Positions 11,568 through 23,596 of a stretch of DNA of 64,000 bases are shown piece by piece. The notes beneath the pieces were generated by a model. It saw nothing but the letters and a program-made list of their open reading frames with translations, was not told where the DNA came from and made no database searches. The stretch's first letter is position 1. Every line of letters begins with the position of its first letter. The position numbers and the translations under genes are program-made. The DNA is from Chiloscyllium plagiosum (Eukaryota). The DNA lies in NCBI RefSeq assembly GCF_004010195.1, contig NC_057718.1:11311569-11375568 (forward strand), in the 5' to 3' direction.

Positions 11568-11784
11568 GTGACAAAAGTAAATTCACCAGAATGAGGCTTC
11601 TCTGAAAAAATACAGCGGGGATTAAAATCCTTTGATAACACAGGTTAGCCATTTAATTTAACATCTTGCCAGTCTCCTCCTACAGCAAATAATGATTGTC
11701 AATTGTGAAAACTAAATTAAACTTCATTTTCACTATATAGCCCCTGGGCGGATATCTCTGCAGCTCAATACAGTCCTGTGCTCA

Positions 11785-12198
11785 AACAGAAACAGAAATT
11801 GCTGGAAAAACTCAGCAGGTCTTGCAGCATTTGTGGAGAGAAATCAGAATTAACGTTTCGGGTCCAGTGACCCTTCCTCAAGTACTCCCATAGCTGTGGA
11901 AATGAGTTTTAGCAAATACCTTGTCAAACTCCAGGAATGACGGTGAATTAATGACAGTGGACAAGAAAAAGGATTGGGACGGAATTCCTGTCAGAGAGAG
12001 GAGCAGAACTTCTTCAAACCGGGCCTGCCTGGAAGGCGGTGGCAGTGAGTTAAACACTCAGTAAAAACCGAACGATCTGTGGATGCTGTAAATCAGAAAT
12101 AGAAACAGAAATAGCTGGAAAAAGTCAGCAGGTCTGGCAGCATCTGTGGAGAGAAATGAGAGATAACGTTTCGGATCCAGTGACCATTCCTCAGTTCT
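11785..12198 (-). mobile_element. Two tandem family C terminal repeats, each with a hammerhead-like core
   Basis: Minus-strand cores: CTGAGGA-A-TGGTC-ACTG-GATCC-GAAA-CGTT (12165-12194) and TTGAGGA-A-GGGTC-ACTG-GACCC-GAAA-CGTT (11852-11881). Confidence 0.8.
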
Positions 12199-12429
12199 GT
12201 GCTTCACAGTCATTTCTCCCTTCCACTGCTCTCTGAGATTGTCCACCCGCCCCCCAGTCCTTCCCTGACCTCGCATGTTCTTTCCTGATGTTTCAGTTTC
12301 TATCCAACCTTTTCTGGTGGTCAGACTCTCTCAGTTTCCACTTCCCCAGGACATTACCTGGATTAATACTTGTATGATAATACCACCAGGTCAACATTTC
12401 CCCTTCACTTTCCATTTGATGCTCCAATC

Positions 12430-12855
12430 CATGTCCTCCATCTACAAGGCCCAAGTCAGGAGTCTGATGGAATACTCCCCACTTACCTGGATGGGTGCAA
12501 CCCCAACAACACTCAAGAAGCTTGACACTATCCAGGACAAAGCAGCCTTTTGATTAGCACCACATCCATAAGCCAGATGCACAGCAGAAATTCACCAAAG
12601 ATCCTCAGACATCACTTTCCAAAAGGGTAGCAGATACATAGGAACACCACCCCCTGCAAGTTCCCTTCCAAGCCACTCATCACCTTAGTGACATATCACC
12701 ATTTCTTCACTGTCGCTGGGTCAAAATCCTAGAATTCCTTCCCGAAAAAGGCATTGCGCACCTAATGGACTGCAACAGTTCAAGAAGGCAGCTTCGCAAG
12801 GCCAAGTACAGACAGACCTTAGATTTGGCTCAGCCAGAGATGAGTGAATAAAAAA
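12430..12855 (+). mobile_element. CR1/L2-group LINE 3' fragment (third LINE family)
   Basis: IYKAQVRSLMEYSPLTWM...LKKLDTIQDKA; homologous to 24720-25450 and 34430-34830. Confidence 0.85.
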
Positions 12856-13079
12856 CATATCCCATATCCCAACAAGCACTTCATTGGCTGTGAGATGCTT
12901 TGGGACTTCTGGGGAACTTCACTGAAAGGTGCTATACAAATGTGAGATGATCTGTTGTCAAAGTTAATCATGACAATGAAGATTTTAGACTAAGCTCCTG
13001 TGATATGTTAGACAGTGAGATTTCACAGCAAGTGTGAGGTAAACCCACTATCAGCTAGTTATCTCCATCCATTGTAAAT

Positions 13080-13209
13080 ATTTTTAATCAATCTGTTCAG
13101 AGATGTTGCGACACATGTCTGGAGCAGATAGGGTTTGAAAACAGGTAAAAAACAATGTACAGGCCCCTGGTTCAGAGGTAGGGGCATGACCACTGCTCCC
13201 CAAGAGCCC
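13080..13209 (-). mobile_element. Short tRNA-derived SINE-like repeat
   Basis: Minus strand gggctcttggggagcagtggt...ttcaaaccc...acatctctgaacagattgatt; related copy at about 50621-50708 (+). Confidence 0.5.
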
Positions 13210-13897
13210 ACTCCCTTGATTATATTCCCACTCCTTATGAGACTCACTGTTCATTCACACAGACACAATTAAAACTCAGCCATGATCTCAGTAATAGTGC
13301 ACATCACCTCACATTGTGAGGAGAAGACATCACATTGTAGACTCCCAGAGGATTTTGGGGACTGTCATACCTACAGCAAGCTGGCTTTGGTATTTTCCAT
13401 TTTGGCTTAGGTGCATAGGACTTTATAGGAGAATTAGGCCATTCGGCCCTTTGGGAGTGCTGCACCATTCAGTAAGATCATGGCGGTTCTGATTGTGATC
13501 TCAAACCCAGTTTCTTGTCTTTCCCACATAACCCTTGAGTCCCTTGTCCATCAAAGAACGAACTCATTGGGTCCGACTTGTGGTAAATGCAGATTTCTTC
13601 AGTTTTCTACGGGGAGCAAAGCCATAAATGGCTCCTGAAAGAACTCATTGAAAATTGGCTTCAAATAGAGAGTTAAACAGTAGTGAGTAAATTCCAAGCA
13701 CTTTTACAGCATTAACTTGCCTCATCATATCTCAACCCATTTGTCCACTTCACAAAACAGCACCTTTATCGATGAGCAATGGAAATGTGGGCAAGTTGCA
13801 TAAAGCAGCCACAAAACTTCATTTCCGTTCCATTCCCAAGATGGAAATGAATGTTTCCCTATGCACAAGAGTGGAAGAGCAACCAGTCAGAGTATGG

Positions 13898-14525
13898 TGT
13901 TAACCAGCAGATCAAAGCCCTTCAAAGCATATTAAGAAGATAGTCTAGACCCTAATGTTTCCTCATTGTTAAAGGTAAGTGTAAAGTGTTGTGTCCCGGT
14001 GCAATTTGATTGATCAAATTACCAAGCTTGAAGCAACACACACTTTATTCTGACACTATAGTTGAAATACAAACAACAGAAAGAAGAATTGAATTAACTT
14101 AATTCTATTGGAAAATTATAACAGAATGATTCCAATTTATAGTAATATCCCATAAACACACCCTTGGCAAAGGCAAGTTCAGTAAAATAGATTGTCTCAC
14201 AGGCAATTCTCCAGTCCAGGGGAAAGAACATCGAGAGAAAACTCAGACAGGGAGCAAGTGAACTCAAATGTTTTGCAGGAAGAGATGTATAGCAGCTTCC
14301 AAACCCCATCAGCTACTGAAAGTTAAAGGAAAATCCTGGTTCCTGTGAGAGCTTGAGCACACCCGTTCAGGCTCCTTCTATTGTTCCAACTTAACAAGAA
14401 ATTAAGGCCTCACAAGCTGTTTACTTTATTGATTTGGAACAGACCACTCGGTACCTTTATCTTAATGTCTCTTCCTAAAATAAACCAGGACAAAATGCAC
14501 CTCTTAAGGCCTTAGTATTGTCACA
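13898..14525 (-). mobile_element. Solo LTR (628 bp)
   Basis: TG...CA termini, 4-bp TSD atgg (13894-13897 / 14526-14529), AATAAA on the minus strand; homologous to 30015-31047. Confidence 0.85.
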
Positions 14526-14899
14526 ATGGTCACCAGAAAACTGCCAACATTTTCCATTTTTGAGCACTTTCTATAGATGATATGTTAAGGTAGGCTGAAA
14601 GATTTAATACTTCATAGTGCATTGCCTCCATTACAGAGGCGGAGGCATGGGGGACTGGGCAATTTAATGTAATCAAACTCCTGTGTTGGAAGAATGCTGT
14701 GGTGTCAGTGATACATGGTTTCAATGTGTCCGAACGTTGGCCCATGCACAGAGTGCAAGTTCCCCTCTATCTGATCCACTCTGTCTCGGCCACTCCCCTC
14801 AGTTTATGCTGGAAAGGATAGATGTCTGAGAGCTTTGGGTGGGCTGTTCGTGCAGTTTGTAAGTGAACCAGCCAAAAGATAACAAAGAATTGGAGTAGT

Positions 14900-15332
14900 C
14901 AAGCCCTGTTAGAGGAAGGATATTATTAAACTGGAGAGGGTCCAGAAAAGATTTACCAGAATGTTGTCATGCATGCAGGTTTTGAGATATAAAAATAGAC
15001 TAAAAAGGCTGGGACCTTTATCACTGGAGCTTAGGAGGTTGAGGGGTGACCTTAGGGATGTTTATAAAGTCATGAGGGACATAGATAAGAGAAATGACAA
15101 GAGTTTTTTTCCCTAGGGTATGGAGTTCAAAACTAGCAGGCATATTTTTAAGCTGACAGATGAAAGATTTAAAAAGGACTTGAGAGGCAACTTTTGTTTT
15201 AAACACAGGGAGTGGTTTATGTGCGGAATGAACTGCCAGAGGAAGTGATGGATGCAGGTACAGTTACAACACTTAAAAAACATTGGGTTAAATTCGTGAA
15301 GGGTTTGTTTCCATTCTGTATGACTCTATGAC
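14900..15332 (+). mobile_element. CR1 LINE 3' fragment
   Basis: aaactggagagggtccagaaaagatttaccagaatgttg...tatgactctatgac. Confidence 0.88.
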
Positions 15333-16255
15333 AAAAAAAAAATAAGTGAGGCTGGGCTGCTTTCATTTGCCCAGTCCCTAGCTCTAAAACTCCCTCTTAA
15401 ATCCTGGTGATCTTATTGAAACATATAAGAAACTAAGGGAATTTGATGCCGTGTGTACTGAGAAGGATTTTCCCCTGTGGGGGTCACAGTTTGAAAATCA
15501 AGTGTTTCCCATTGAAAAGAGATCAGAATATTTGTTGCAATCAGAATGCTGTTAGCCTGGAGAATTCTCTTCCCCGGAGAGCACTGGAGATTGGATCATC
15601 GAATGTATTAAAGTCTGAGTTAGACAGATTCTTTCTGCCTGATTTCCAATCCAATACACAACCAGAGGCTCGAGTTCCATTTATGAATTCTGCTTGATCT
15701 CATTGCTGGCAATGTTTTGAAATTCAGTGCTCCCACTCCACAAACCGTCAGCTATGTGCATCATAAAGGTGCCTGCAGGCTGCCCCTCCTCATGCCCAGA
15801 AAAATGGCTGGCTCTGCTTTGAACCAAGGTTTGTTCAATTTTAATAAGTCAGAACTTACTGAAAAGCATCAAACTCGAGAAAGGTTGGTTAAGCCATGTA
15901 TAGATTTATTTAACTTCTAGAGTGTCCCCATTGTGTTCTGGAGGGTAAGAAGAAACATTGTCCTCTTCAGCTGAGCTTTAATACTGATGTATCTGCACTC
16001 CAAAGAATATGTTGCTAACAGACTCAAGAACATTTTCAAAATTGCTTTTCCTGCAATGGGTGTGTTCACTTGTATATCTTGTATCCCAGTTTTTCTTTGA
16101 AGCCTTGCCATAGTCTTAGGAAGTCTCATCTGAGATGCCTTTATTGACACATTTTTAATCAGTGAAGGAATCCAGGAAATGGCAGGGAAATGGAGTTGAG
16201 GATTATTAGATCAGCCAAAACCTCATCGAATAACAGTGTAGGCTCAATGGGCTGA

Positions 16256-16600
16256 ATTCCCTCATTTCCACACCCCACCTTATCCCAGTTCCAACCTTCC
16301 AGCCCAGCCCCGCCCTTATGACCTGTCCCATCTGTCCATCTTCCTTCCCACCTATCCCTCCTCTCCGACCTATCACCATTCCCCCCACCTCCATCCATCT
16401 ATTGCACTCTCAGTTACCTTCCCCCCTCCCCCTCCCATTTATCTCACCACTCCGGAGGCTCCCAGCTTCATTCCTGATAAAGGGCTTTTACCCAAAACGT
16501 CGATTCTCCTGCTCCTCGGATGCTGCCTGACCTGCTGTGCTTTTCCAGCAACACACTCTCAACACTGATCTCCAGCATCTGCAGTCCTCACTTTCACCTC
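16256..16600 (+). mobile_element. PLE family A 3' UTR plus terminal repeat
   Basis: Homologous to 20650-21190; core decayed (CTGATAA...CAAAACGTC at about 16474-16501). Confidence 0.85.
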
Positions 16601-17529
16601 GATGGGCTGAACGGCCTACATCTGCTCTATGATTAATAGTTTTATGGTTTTAATATAACACAGAAGGGTTCAAAGAAAATGAAATAAAAATACATGCAAG
16701 AGTAGTAAATGTCCCTAGGATGCCGCTTATAAAAGTGTCCTGGAAATTAATCTTTAGTTCCTGTTGACCTGAAGCCAGTTCTGAGTGTTGGCAATGTCTA
16801 GTCTGGAATCCTAGCCAGTGAGCTCAGTACAGAGCTCTGGCATGGCAACAGGACATGGTTGCCAATGGAAACACATGTGAACATGGTTTGGCGCTTTGAA
16901 AATGCTTAATCACTCCCAAACGGTGACCTTGGTGCCCTGGTAAATCAAGTGAAGAGCAGGATGCGTCATGGTATGTCAAATTGCAGAGAACACCTCTGAG
17001 GTCCTCCTCATGAGAAGATCCCTTTTGTGATCGGTGATCCCACATCACAGCCATGGAAGATCTGGAGTCCACCCTGGCACTGGACTCACTCTCAATCTTC
17101 TCGGTTAGGAGTGCCTCTGGGCCAATGAGACTCAATATCCAGGCTAAAAGGAGGTCACCACCTGAACGACTACAGTCACTGTGGTAAAACTGAGGGCAGG
17201 ATTTTCCCAGTCTGAACAATATGAGCAAAGGCGAGAAAATTGGGACATTGCGGCGAGAATGAAAAAAAATTAAATGCTTGATTAAAACGTCTGATTTGTT
17301 TTTGCTGAAGAATTGAACAGCTTGATTAGAATCTCACTAGTCTCTGGTGAGGGGTCTATTTGCATGCATTAATACCTGATTTTTGCCTAATCTATGTGCA
17401 TGTATCTGGTTTCCCAAGTAGTAGACAGAAACTAGACAGTAACAGTTTGTGGCATGGTGGGCTGGGAACTGGTGTCTGCATCTTATCCTGGTCTCCACCT
17501 TGGGCACCACAATCTCAGGGTACACACAG

Positions 17530-18085
17530 GGTATTGTTAAACTGGAGGGGGTTCAGTAGAGATTTACCAGGATGGTGCCAGGACTGGAGGGTTTGACTTG
17601 CAAAGAAAGGCTGGACAGGCTGGGACTTCTTTCCCTGGAGCGTAGGAGGTCGAGGATTGATCTTATAGAGATTTATAAAATCATGAGGGGATATGGATAA
17701 GGTAAAGATCTGTAGCTCAGTTTGTAGGTGAGGTAGAAACTCAAGCTCGGCGAGCTAACCAACCGTCTCATAAGGTGAACTACAGGTGTCTTTTCCATAA
17801 GGTGGGGCACTTCAAGACGAGGGGACCATATTTTTAATATGAGAGGAGAGAGATTTAAAGAGAGGAGGGGAAATGTTTTTATATAGAGACTGATTTGTGT
17901 GTGGAATGAACTTCGTGAGGAAGTGGTGGACAGTTACAACATTTAAGAGACATTTAGATAAGTTTATGAACAAGAAATGTTTGGAGGGATATGGACCAAA
18001 CGCAGGCAGATGGAGGTCATTTTGTTGGGGATTATGGTCAGCATGGATTGGTTGGACCGAAGAGTCTGTTTCCGTGCTGTATGAA
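17530..18085 (+). mobile_element. CR1 LINE 3' fragment
   Basis: CR1 ORF2 C-terminus and 3' UTR similarity. Confidence 0.85.
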
Positions 18086-18294
18086 TCAGAGCAGGACTTA
18101 TACACCTAATGGGAAGGTCTTGGGGAGTGTTGCTGAACAAAGAGACCTTGCAGTGCAGGTTCATAGCTCCTTGAAAGTAGAGTCGCAGATAGATAGGATA
18201 GTGAAGAAGGCATTTGGTATGCTTTCCTTGATTGGTCAGAGTATTGAGTACAGGAGTTGGGAGATCATGTTGTGGCTGCACAGGACATTGGTTA

Positions 18295-18430
18295 CTGGAT
18301 CAGTGATGCTGGAAGAGCACAACAATTCAGGCAGCAAGCTGCTCATCGGATGCTGCCTGAACTGTTGTGCTCTTCCAGCACCACTGATCCAGAATCTGGT
18401 TTCCAGCATCTGCAGTCATTGTTTTTACCT
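18295..18430. mobile_element. Family A-related fold-back mini-element, core deleted
   Basis: Inverted arms ctggatcagtgatgctggaagagcacaaca / tgttgtgctcttccagcaccactgatccag; TSD caggacattggtta at 18281-18294 and 18431-18444. Confidence 0.85.
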
Positions 18431-18739
18431 CAGGACATTGGTTAGGCCACGTTTGGAGTACTGTGTGCAATTCCAATCTCGAGTGTGTGTTGTTGGAAAA
18501 GCACAGCAGGTCAGGCAGCACCTGAGGAGCAGGAGAATCGCTGTTTCGGGCATAAGCCCTTCTTCAGGAGTGCTGAGTTGGAGGCTTCGGACTGGGACAA
18601 TGTTGGGGGAGGGGAAATGAGGAAGCTGTTGAAATCCACATTTATCCCATGTCGTTGCAGGGTCCCAAGGTGGAATAGAAGGCTTTTTCCTCCAGGCATC
18701 AGGTGGTAATGGTTTGGCGGTGGAGGTGACCCAGGACCT

Positions 18740-19734
18740 TCATGTCCTTGATGGAGTGGGAGGGGAAGTTGAAGTGTTCAGCCACGGGGCGTTGGGTTTG
18801 TTGGTGCCGGTGTCCCAGAGATGTTCTCTGGGACGATCCACAAGAAGGCGTCCTGTCTCCCCGATGTAGAGACGACCACACCGGGTGCAACAGATACAGT
18901 AGATGACATTGGTAGAGGTACAGGTAAATTTCTGACGGATGTGGAAGGATCCCTTGGGGCCTTGGATGGAGGTGAGGGGAGTGGTATGGGTGCAGGTTTT
19001 GCACTTCCTGCGGTGGGAGGGAAAGGTGCCAGGAGTAGGGTGTGGACTGGTGGGGGGCATTGACCTGATGAGGGAGTTGCGGAGGGAATGGTTTCTCCAG
19101 GGTAGGGTTAGGGAGGGAAATATATCTTTGGTGGTGGGGTCCGTTTAGAGGTGGCGGAAGTGGCAGAGGATGATACGATGTATACGGAAGTATGTGGGTG
19201 GAAGGTGAGGACCACGGGAGTTCTGACCATGTTGCTTTGGGAGGGGTGGGCTTCAAGGGCAGTGGTGTGGGAATTGGAGGAGATGCACGTGGGAAGGGAA
19301 GTTGCGATCTTTGAAGAAGGAGGCCATCTGGGACTTCCTGAGGTGGAATTTGTCATCTTGGGAACAGATGCGGCAGAGGCGGAGGAATTGGGAATAAGGG
19401 ATGGCGTTTTTACAGGAGGTAAGGTGGGAGGTGGTGTAGTCTAGGTAGCTGTGGGCTTGTAGTAGATGTCTGTGGTTAGTTGGTCACTGTTGATGGAGAT
19501 GGAGAGGTCCAGGAAGTGGAGGGAGGTGTCTGAGATGGAAGAGGTGAATTTAAGGTCAGGATGGAAGGTGTTGGTAAAGTTGGTGAACTGTTCAACCTCC
19601 TCATGGGAGCACAAGGCAGCGCCGATATAGTCATCAGTGTAGCGGAGGAACAGGTGGGGGATGTTGCTGATGTAACTGTGGAAGATGGACTGTTCCATGT
19701 ATCTGACAAACAGGCAGACATATCTGGGTCCCAT
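18740..19734 (-). pseudogene. PLE RT C-terminus plus GIY-YIG endonuclease (frameshifted)
   Basis: ORFs 19441-19734, 19108-19356 and 18740-19060 carry consecutive PLE motifs in different frames. Confidence 0.9.
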
Positions 19735-20645
19735 AACCTCAAATTCATCTGGACTATCTCGGTCACCTCCCTCCCATTCCTGGACCTCTCCATCACCACC
19801 TCCAGCGACTGACTAGCCACAGACATCTACTACAAGCCCACCTCCTCCCACCCTACCTCCTGTAAAAACGCCATCCCTTATTCCTAATTCCTCTGCCGCA
19901 TCTGTTCTCAGGATGACCAATTCCACCTCAGAAAGTACCAGATGGCCTCCTTCTTCAAAGATCGCAACTTCCCTTCCCACATGCATCTCCTCCACTTCCC
20001 GCACCACTGCCCTTGGATGCCACCCCTCCCAACGCAACAAAGACAGAAGCCCCCTGGTCCTCACCTTCCACCCACCAACCTCCGTATACATCGCATCATC
20101 CTCCACCGCTTCTGCCACCTCTAAACGGACCCATCACCAAAGATATATTTCCCTCCCTACCCCTGTCAGCATTCCGGAGAGACCATTCCATCCACGACCC
20201 CCTTGTCTGGTCCATGCCCCCCTCCAGTCGACACCATAATCCTGGCACCTTTCCCTGCCACCGCAGGAAGTGCAAAACCTGCGCCCATAACACTCCCCTC
20301 ACCTCTGTTCAAGCCCCCAAGGGATCCTTCCATATCTGTCAGAAATTTACCTGAACCTCTACCAATGTCATCTACTGCATCCGTTGCACCCGGTGTGGTC
20401 TCCTCTACATTGGGGAGACAGGACACCTTCTTGTGGATTGCCCCAGAGAACATCTCTGGGACACTCATACCCACCAACACCATCACCCTGTGACTGAACA
20501 CTTCAGCTCCCCCTTCCATTCCACTAAGGACATGCAGGTCCTGGGCCTCCTCCATTGTCAAACCGTTACCACCCGATGCCGGGAGGAACAAGCCTCATCT
20601 TCCGCCTTGGGAGTCTGCAACTATATGGGATAAATGTGGATTTCA
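19735..20645 (+). pseudogene. PLE RT thumb plus GIY-YIG endonuclease (second arm, disrupted)
   Basis: SLPFLDLSI; PGTFPCHRRKCKTC; NVIYCIRCTRCGLLYIGETG read from 20364 onward. Confidence 0.88.
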
Positions 20646-20858
20646 ACAGCTTCCTCATTTCCCCTCCCCCAGTATTATCCCAGACCCAAGCCTCCAAATC
20701 AGCACCGCCCTCCTGACCTGTCCATCCTCCTCTGACCTATCACCTTCTCCCTCACCTTCTTCCACCGATCACATTCCCAGCTACCTTCCCCTCAAGTTGG
20801 CCCCCACCTCCCATTTATCTCTCAGACCCCGGCCCACAAGCCTCATTCCTGATGAAGG

Positions 20859-21060
20859 AGAAAGTGAGGTCTGCAGATGCTGGAGATCAGAGCTGAAAAT
20901 GTGTTGCTGGAAAAGCGCAGCAGGTCAGGCAGCATCCAGGGAACAGGAGAATCGACGTTTCGGGCATAAGCTTGAAGAAGGGCTTATGCCTGAAACGTCG
21001 ATTCTCCTGCTCCTTGGATGCTGCCTGACCTGCTGCGCTTTTCCAGCAACATATTTTCAG
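20859..21060. mobile_element. Young family A fold-back mini-element nested in the PLE's own hammerhead
   Basis: TSD ctcattcctgatgaagg at 20842-20858 and 21061-21077; near-perfect inverted arms. Confidence 0.9.
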
Positions 21061-21306
21061 CTCATTCCTGATGAAGGGCTTATGCCGAAATGTCGATTCT
21101 CCTGTTCCTCAGATGCTGCCTGACCTGCTGTGCTTTTCCAGCAACACACTCTCGACTCTGATCTCCAGCATCTGCAGTCCTCACTATTTTCTGCAATTCT
21201 GATCTCCCTGCTACAGGAAGGATTTTGTGAAACTTGAAAGGGTTCAGAAAGATTTACAAGGATGTTGCCAGGGTTGGAAGGTTTGTGCTATAGGGAGAGG
21301 CTGAAC

Positions 21307-21608
21307 AGATTAGATTAGATTTCCTACAGTATGGAAACAGGCCCTTCGGCCCAACAAGTCCTCACCAACTCTCCAAAGACTAACCCACCCAGACCCATTT
21401 CCCTATATTTACCCCTGACTAATGCACCTGACACTGTGGGCAATTTAGCATGGCCAGTTCACCTGACCTGCACATCTTTGGACTGTGGGAGGAAACCCAC
21501 GCAGACACGGGGAGAATGTGCAAACTCCACACAGACAGTCGCCCGAGGCAGGAATTGAACCCAGGTCCCTGGCGCTGTGAGGCAGCAGTGCTAACCACTG
21601 AGTCACCA
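21307..21608 (-). mobile_element. HE1 SINE
   Basis: (gatta)n tail, V-core and tRNA-like head. Confidence 0.92.
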
Positions 21609-21609
21609 T

Positions 21610-22656
21610 TCTGCTAGGGGCATCGCAATTTCCTCTCTAACTGCCCACAACATCCTGTGATACACTTGATCAGGTCCCGGAGATTTGTTTTCTCAGACCT
21701 CCAGCATGTCCTCTTCTGTAATGTGTAATGGTTTTCAAAACATCAAAGTTATTTCCCTGAGTTCTCCAGCCTCCATATCTTTCTCCACAGTAAAGAATGA
21801 CACAAAATATTCATTTAATATCTCTCCCATTTCCTGAGGTTCAACACAAAAAACAACCTCATTGATTTTTAAGGGTCCCAATTCTCTCTCTAATTACTCT
21901 TTTGCCCTTAATGTACTTGTAAAATCTCTTTGGATTATCCTTAACATTATTTACCAAGACCATCTTATTTCCCTCTTTGCCCTTCTGATTTCCCCCTTAA
22001 GAATGCCCCAACACTCTTCAAGAGATTGATTTGATCCCAGTTGTCTATATCTAATATGCCATTCTTTCTTATTCTTGACTAGAACTTCAATATCTTTAGT
22101 CATCCATTGTTCCCTACTCGTACCAGTCTTACCCTTCACTCTAACAGGGAGAAACTGCCTCTAAACTCTCATTATCTCACTTTTGAAAACCTCCAACTTG
22201 TCAGTCATCCCTTTACCTACAAACAGTCTACTCTGATCTACTTCTGGTTCTCATCTCATACCATTGAGATTTGTCTTACTCTAATTAAGAATTTAACTGT
22301 TATGTAAGGCTTAGTCTTATCCATGCTGAAAATGTGTTGCTGGAAAAGCGCAGCAGGTCAGGCAGCATCCAAGGAACAGGAGAATCGACGGAATTTCCTG
22401 AAGAAGGGCTTATGCCCGAAATGTCGATTCTCCTGTTCCTTGGATGCTGCCTGACCTGCTGCGCTTTTCCAGCAACACATTTTCAGCTCTGATCTCCAGC
22501 ACCTGCAGTCCTCACTTTCTCCTCCTTAATCTTATCCATAACTACTTTAAAATTCATAGAATTATGATCACTAGTCCCAACGTCTTTCCCCGCTAACACT
22601 TCAGTCACTTACCCTGCCTTAGTTCCCAAGAGAAGGTCAGGTTTTGCTCCTTCTCT
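21610..22656 (-). mobile_element. CR1 LINE ORF2 internal fragment, decayed
   Basis: REQWMTKDIEVLVKNKKE...LKGEIRRAKRE resembles the CR1 endonuclease-RT linker. Confidence 0.75.
22325..22524. mobile_element. Family A fold-back mini-element with hammerhead core
   Basis: TSD cttagtcttatccat / cttaatcttatccat (22310-22324, 22525-22539); core CTGAAGA-A-GGGC-TTAT-GCCC-GAAA-TGTC at 22398-22425. Confidence 0.92.
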
Positions 22657-23156
22657 NNNNNNNNNNNNNNNNNNNNNNNNNNNNNNNNNNNNNNNNNNNN
22701 NNNNNNNNNNNNNNNNNNNNNNNNNNNNNNNNNNNNNNNNNNNNNNNNNNNNNNNNNNNNNNNNNNNNNNNNNNNNNNNNNNNNNNNNNNNNNNNNNNNN
22801 NNNNNNNNNNNNNNNNNNNNNNNNNNNNNNNNNNNNNNNNNNNNNNNNNNNNNNNNNNNNNNNNNNNNNNNNNNNNNNNNNNNNNNNNNNNNNNNNNNNN
22901 NNNNNNNNNNNNNNNNNNNNNNNNNNNNNNNNNNNNNNNNNNNNNNNNNNNNNNNNNNNNNNNNNNNNNNNNNNNNNNNNNNNNNNNNNNNNNNNNNNNN
23001 NNNNNNNNNNNNNNNNNNNNNNNNNNNNNNNNNNNNNNNNNNNNNNNNNNNNNNNNNNNNNNNNNNNNNNNNNNNNNNNNNNNNNNNNNNNNNNNNNNNN
23101 NNNNNNNNNNNNNNNNNNNNNNNNNNNNNNNNNNNNNNNNNNNNNNNNNNNNNNNN

Positions 23157-23272
23157 CCATACGCTGGGAGAATGTGCAAACTCCGCATAGACAGTCACCC
23201 ATGGCTGGAATCGAACCTGGGACCCTGGTGCTGTGAGGCAGGAGTGCTAACCACTGAGCCACAATGCCACCC
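23157..23272 (-). mobile_element. HE1 SINE head (rest in gap)
   Basis: tRNA-like head, A and B boxes. Confidence 0.85.
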
Positions 23273-23596
23273 CTCATTCCCTAATTGCCCTTGAGCTGAG
23301 TGGTAGACCACTGCAGAGGGCAGCTTCGTGGCTGTGGGTCTGGAGTCACATGGAGGCCAGATTTGGTAAGGGTGGTCTATTTCCCTCGGTATAGGAAATG
23401 TGAGTGAACCAGGTGGGTTTTCACGATAATCGATAGCTGTTGTCGTGGTCACCATCACTAATTCTAGCTTTTAATTCCAAATGTATCAGTTGAATTCAAA
23501 TTTTACCACTTGCCATAATGGGATTTGAACTCATGACCTGAGAGCATTGCCCTGGGCCTCTGGATTACCCGAACAGTGGCACTACCACTGCAGGGA
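23273..23596 (-). mobile_element. DeuSINE-type (SacSINE1-like) SINE
   Basis: gctgtgggtctggagtcacat...ggtaagg...gaattcaaattttacca...ggatttgaac; homologous to 35655-35980 and 63525-63872. Confidence 0.75.

Larger units (their letters stand above)
18481..21191. mobile_element. Penelope-like retroelement (Neptune-like), 5'-truncated, two inverted arms
   Basis: Minus arm 18481-19734 and plus arm 19735-21191. RT motifs MGPRYVCLFV...RYTDD and LHFLDLSI...TDIYYKPT; zinc finger CHRRKCKTC; GIY-YIG NVIYCICC..CGRLYIGETGR...REH. TSD tgcaattccaatctc / tgcaattctgatctc (18466-18480, 21192-21206). Confidence 0.93.
18087..21305 (+). mobile_element. CR1 LINE fragment hosting two PLE-type insertions
   Basis: 18087-18294, 18431-18480 and 21192-21305 reassemble into sequence collinear with 41489-41830. 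Confidence 0.9.

Noticed and set aside
16824..17228. 134-aa minus-strand ORF in unique sequence
   Set aside because: No recognisable domain or convincing splice or start context; length is compatible with chance.
20352..20354. In-frame TGA at a Cys position of the PLE (FT*TS versus FTCTS in the other arm), suggesting selenocysteine as in Naiad PLEs
   Set aside because: The other arm has TGT, the copy has many other disruptions, the endonuclease is C-terminal (not the Naiad arrangement) and no SECIS was seen.
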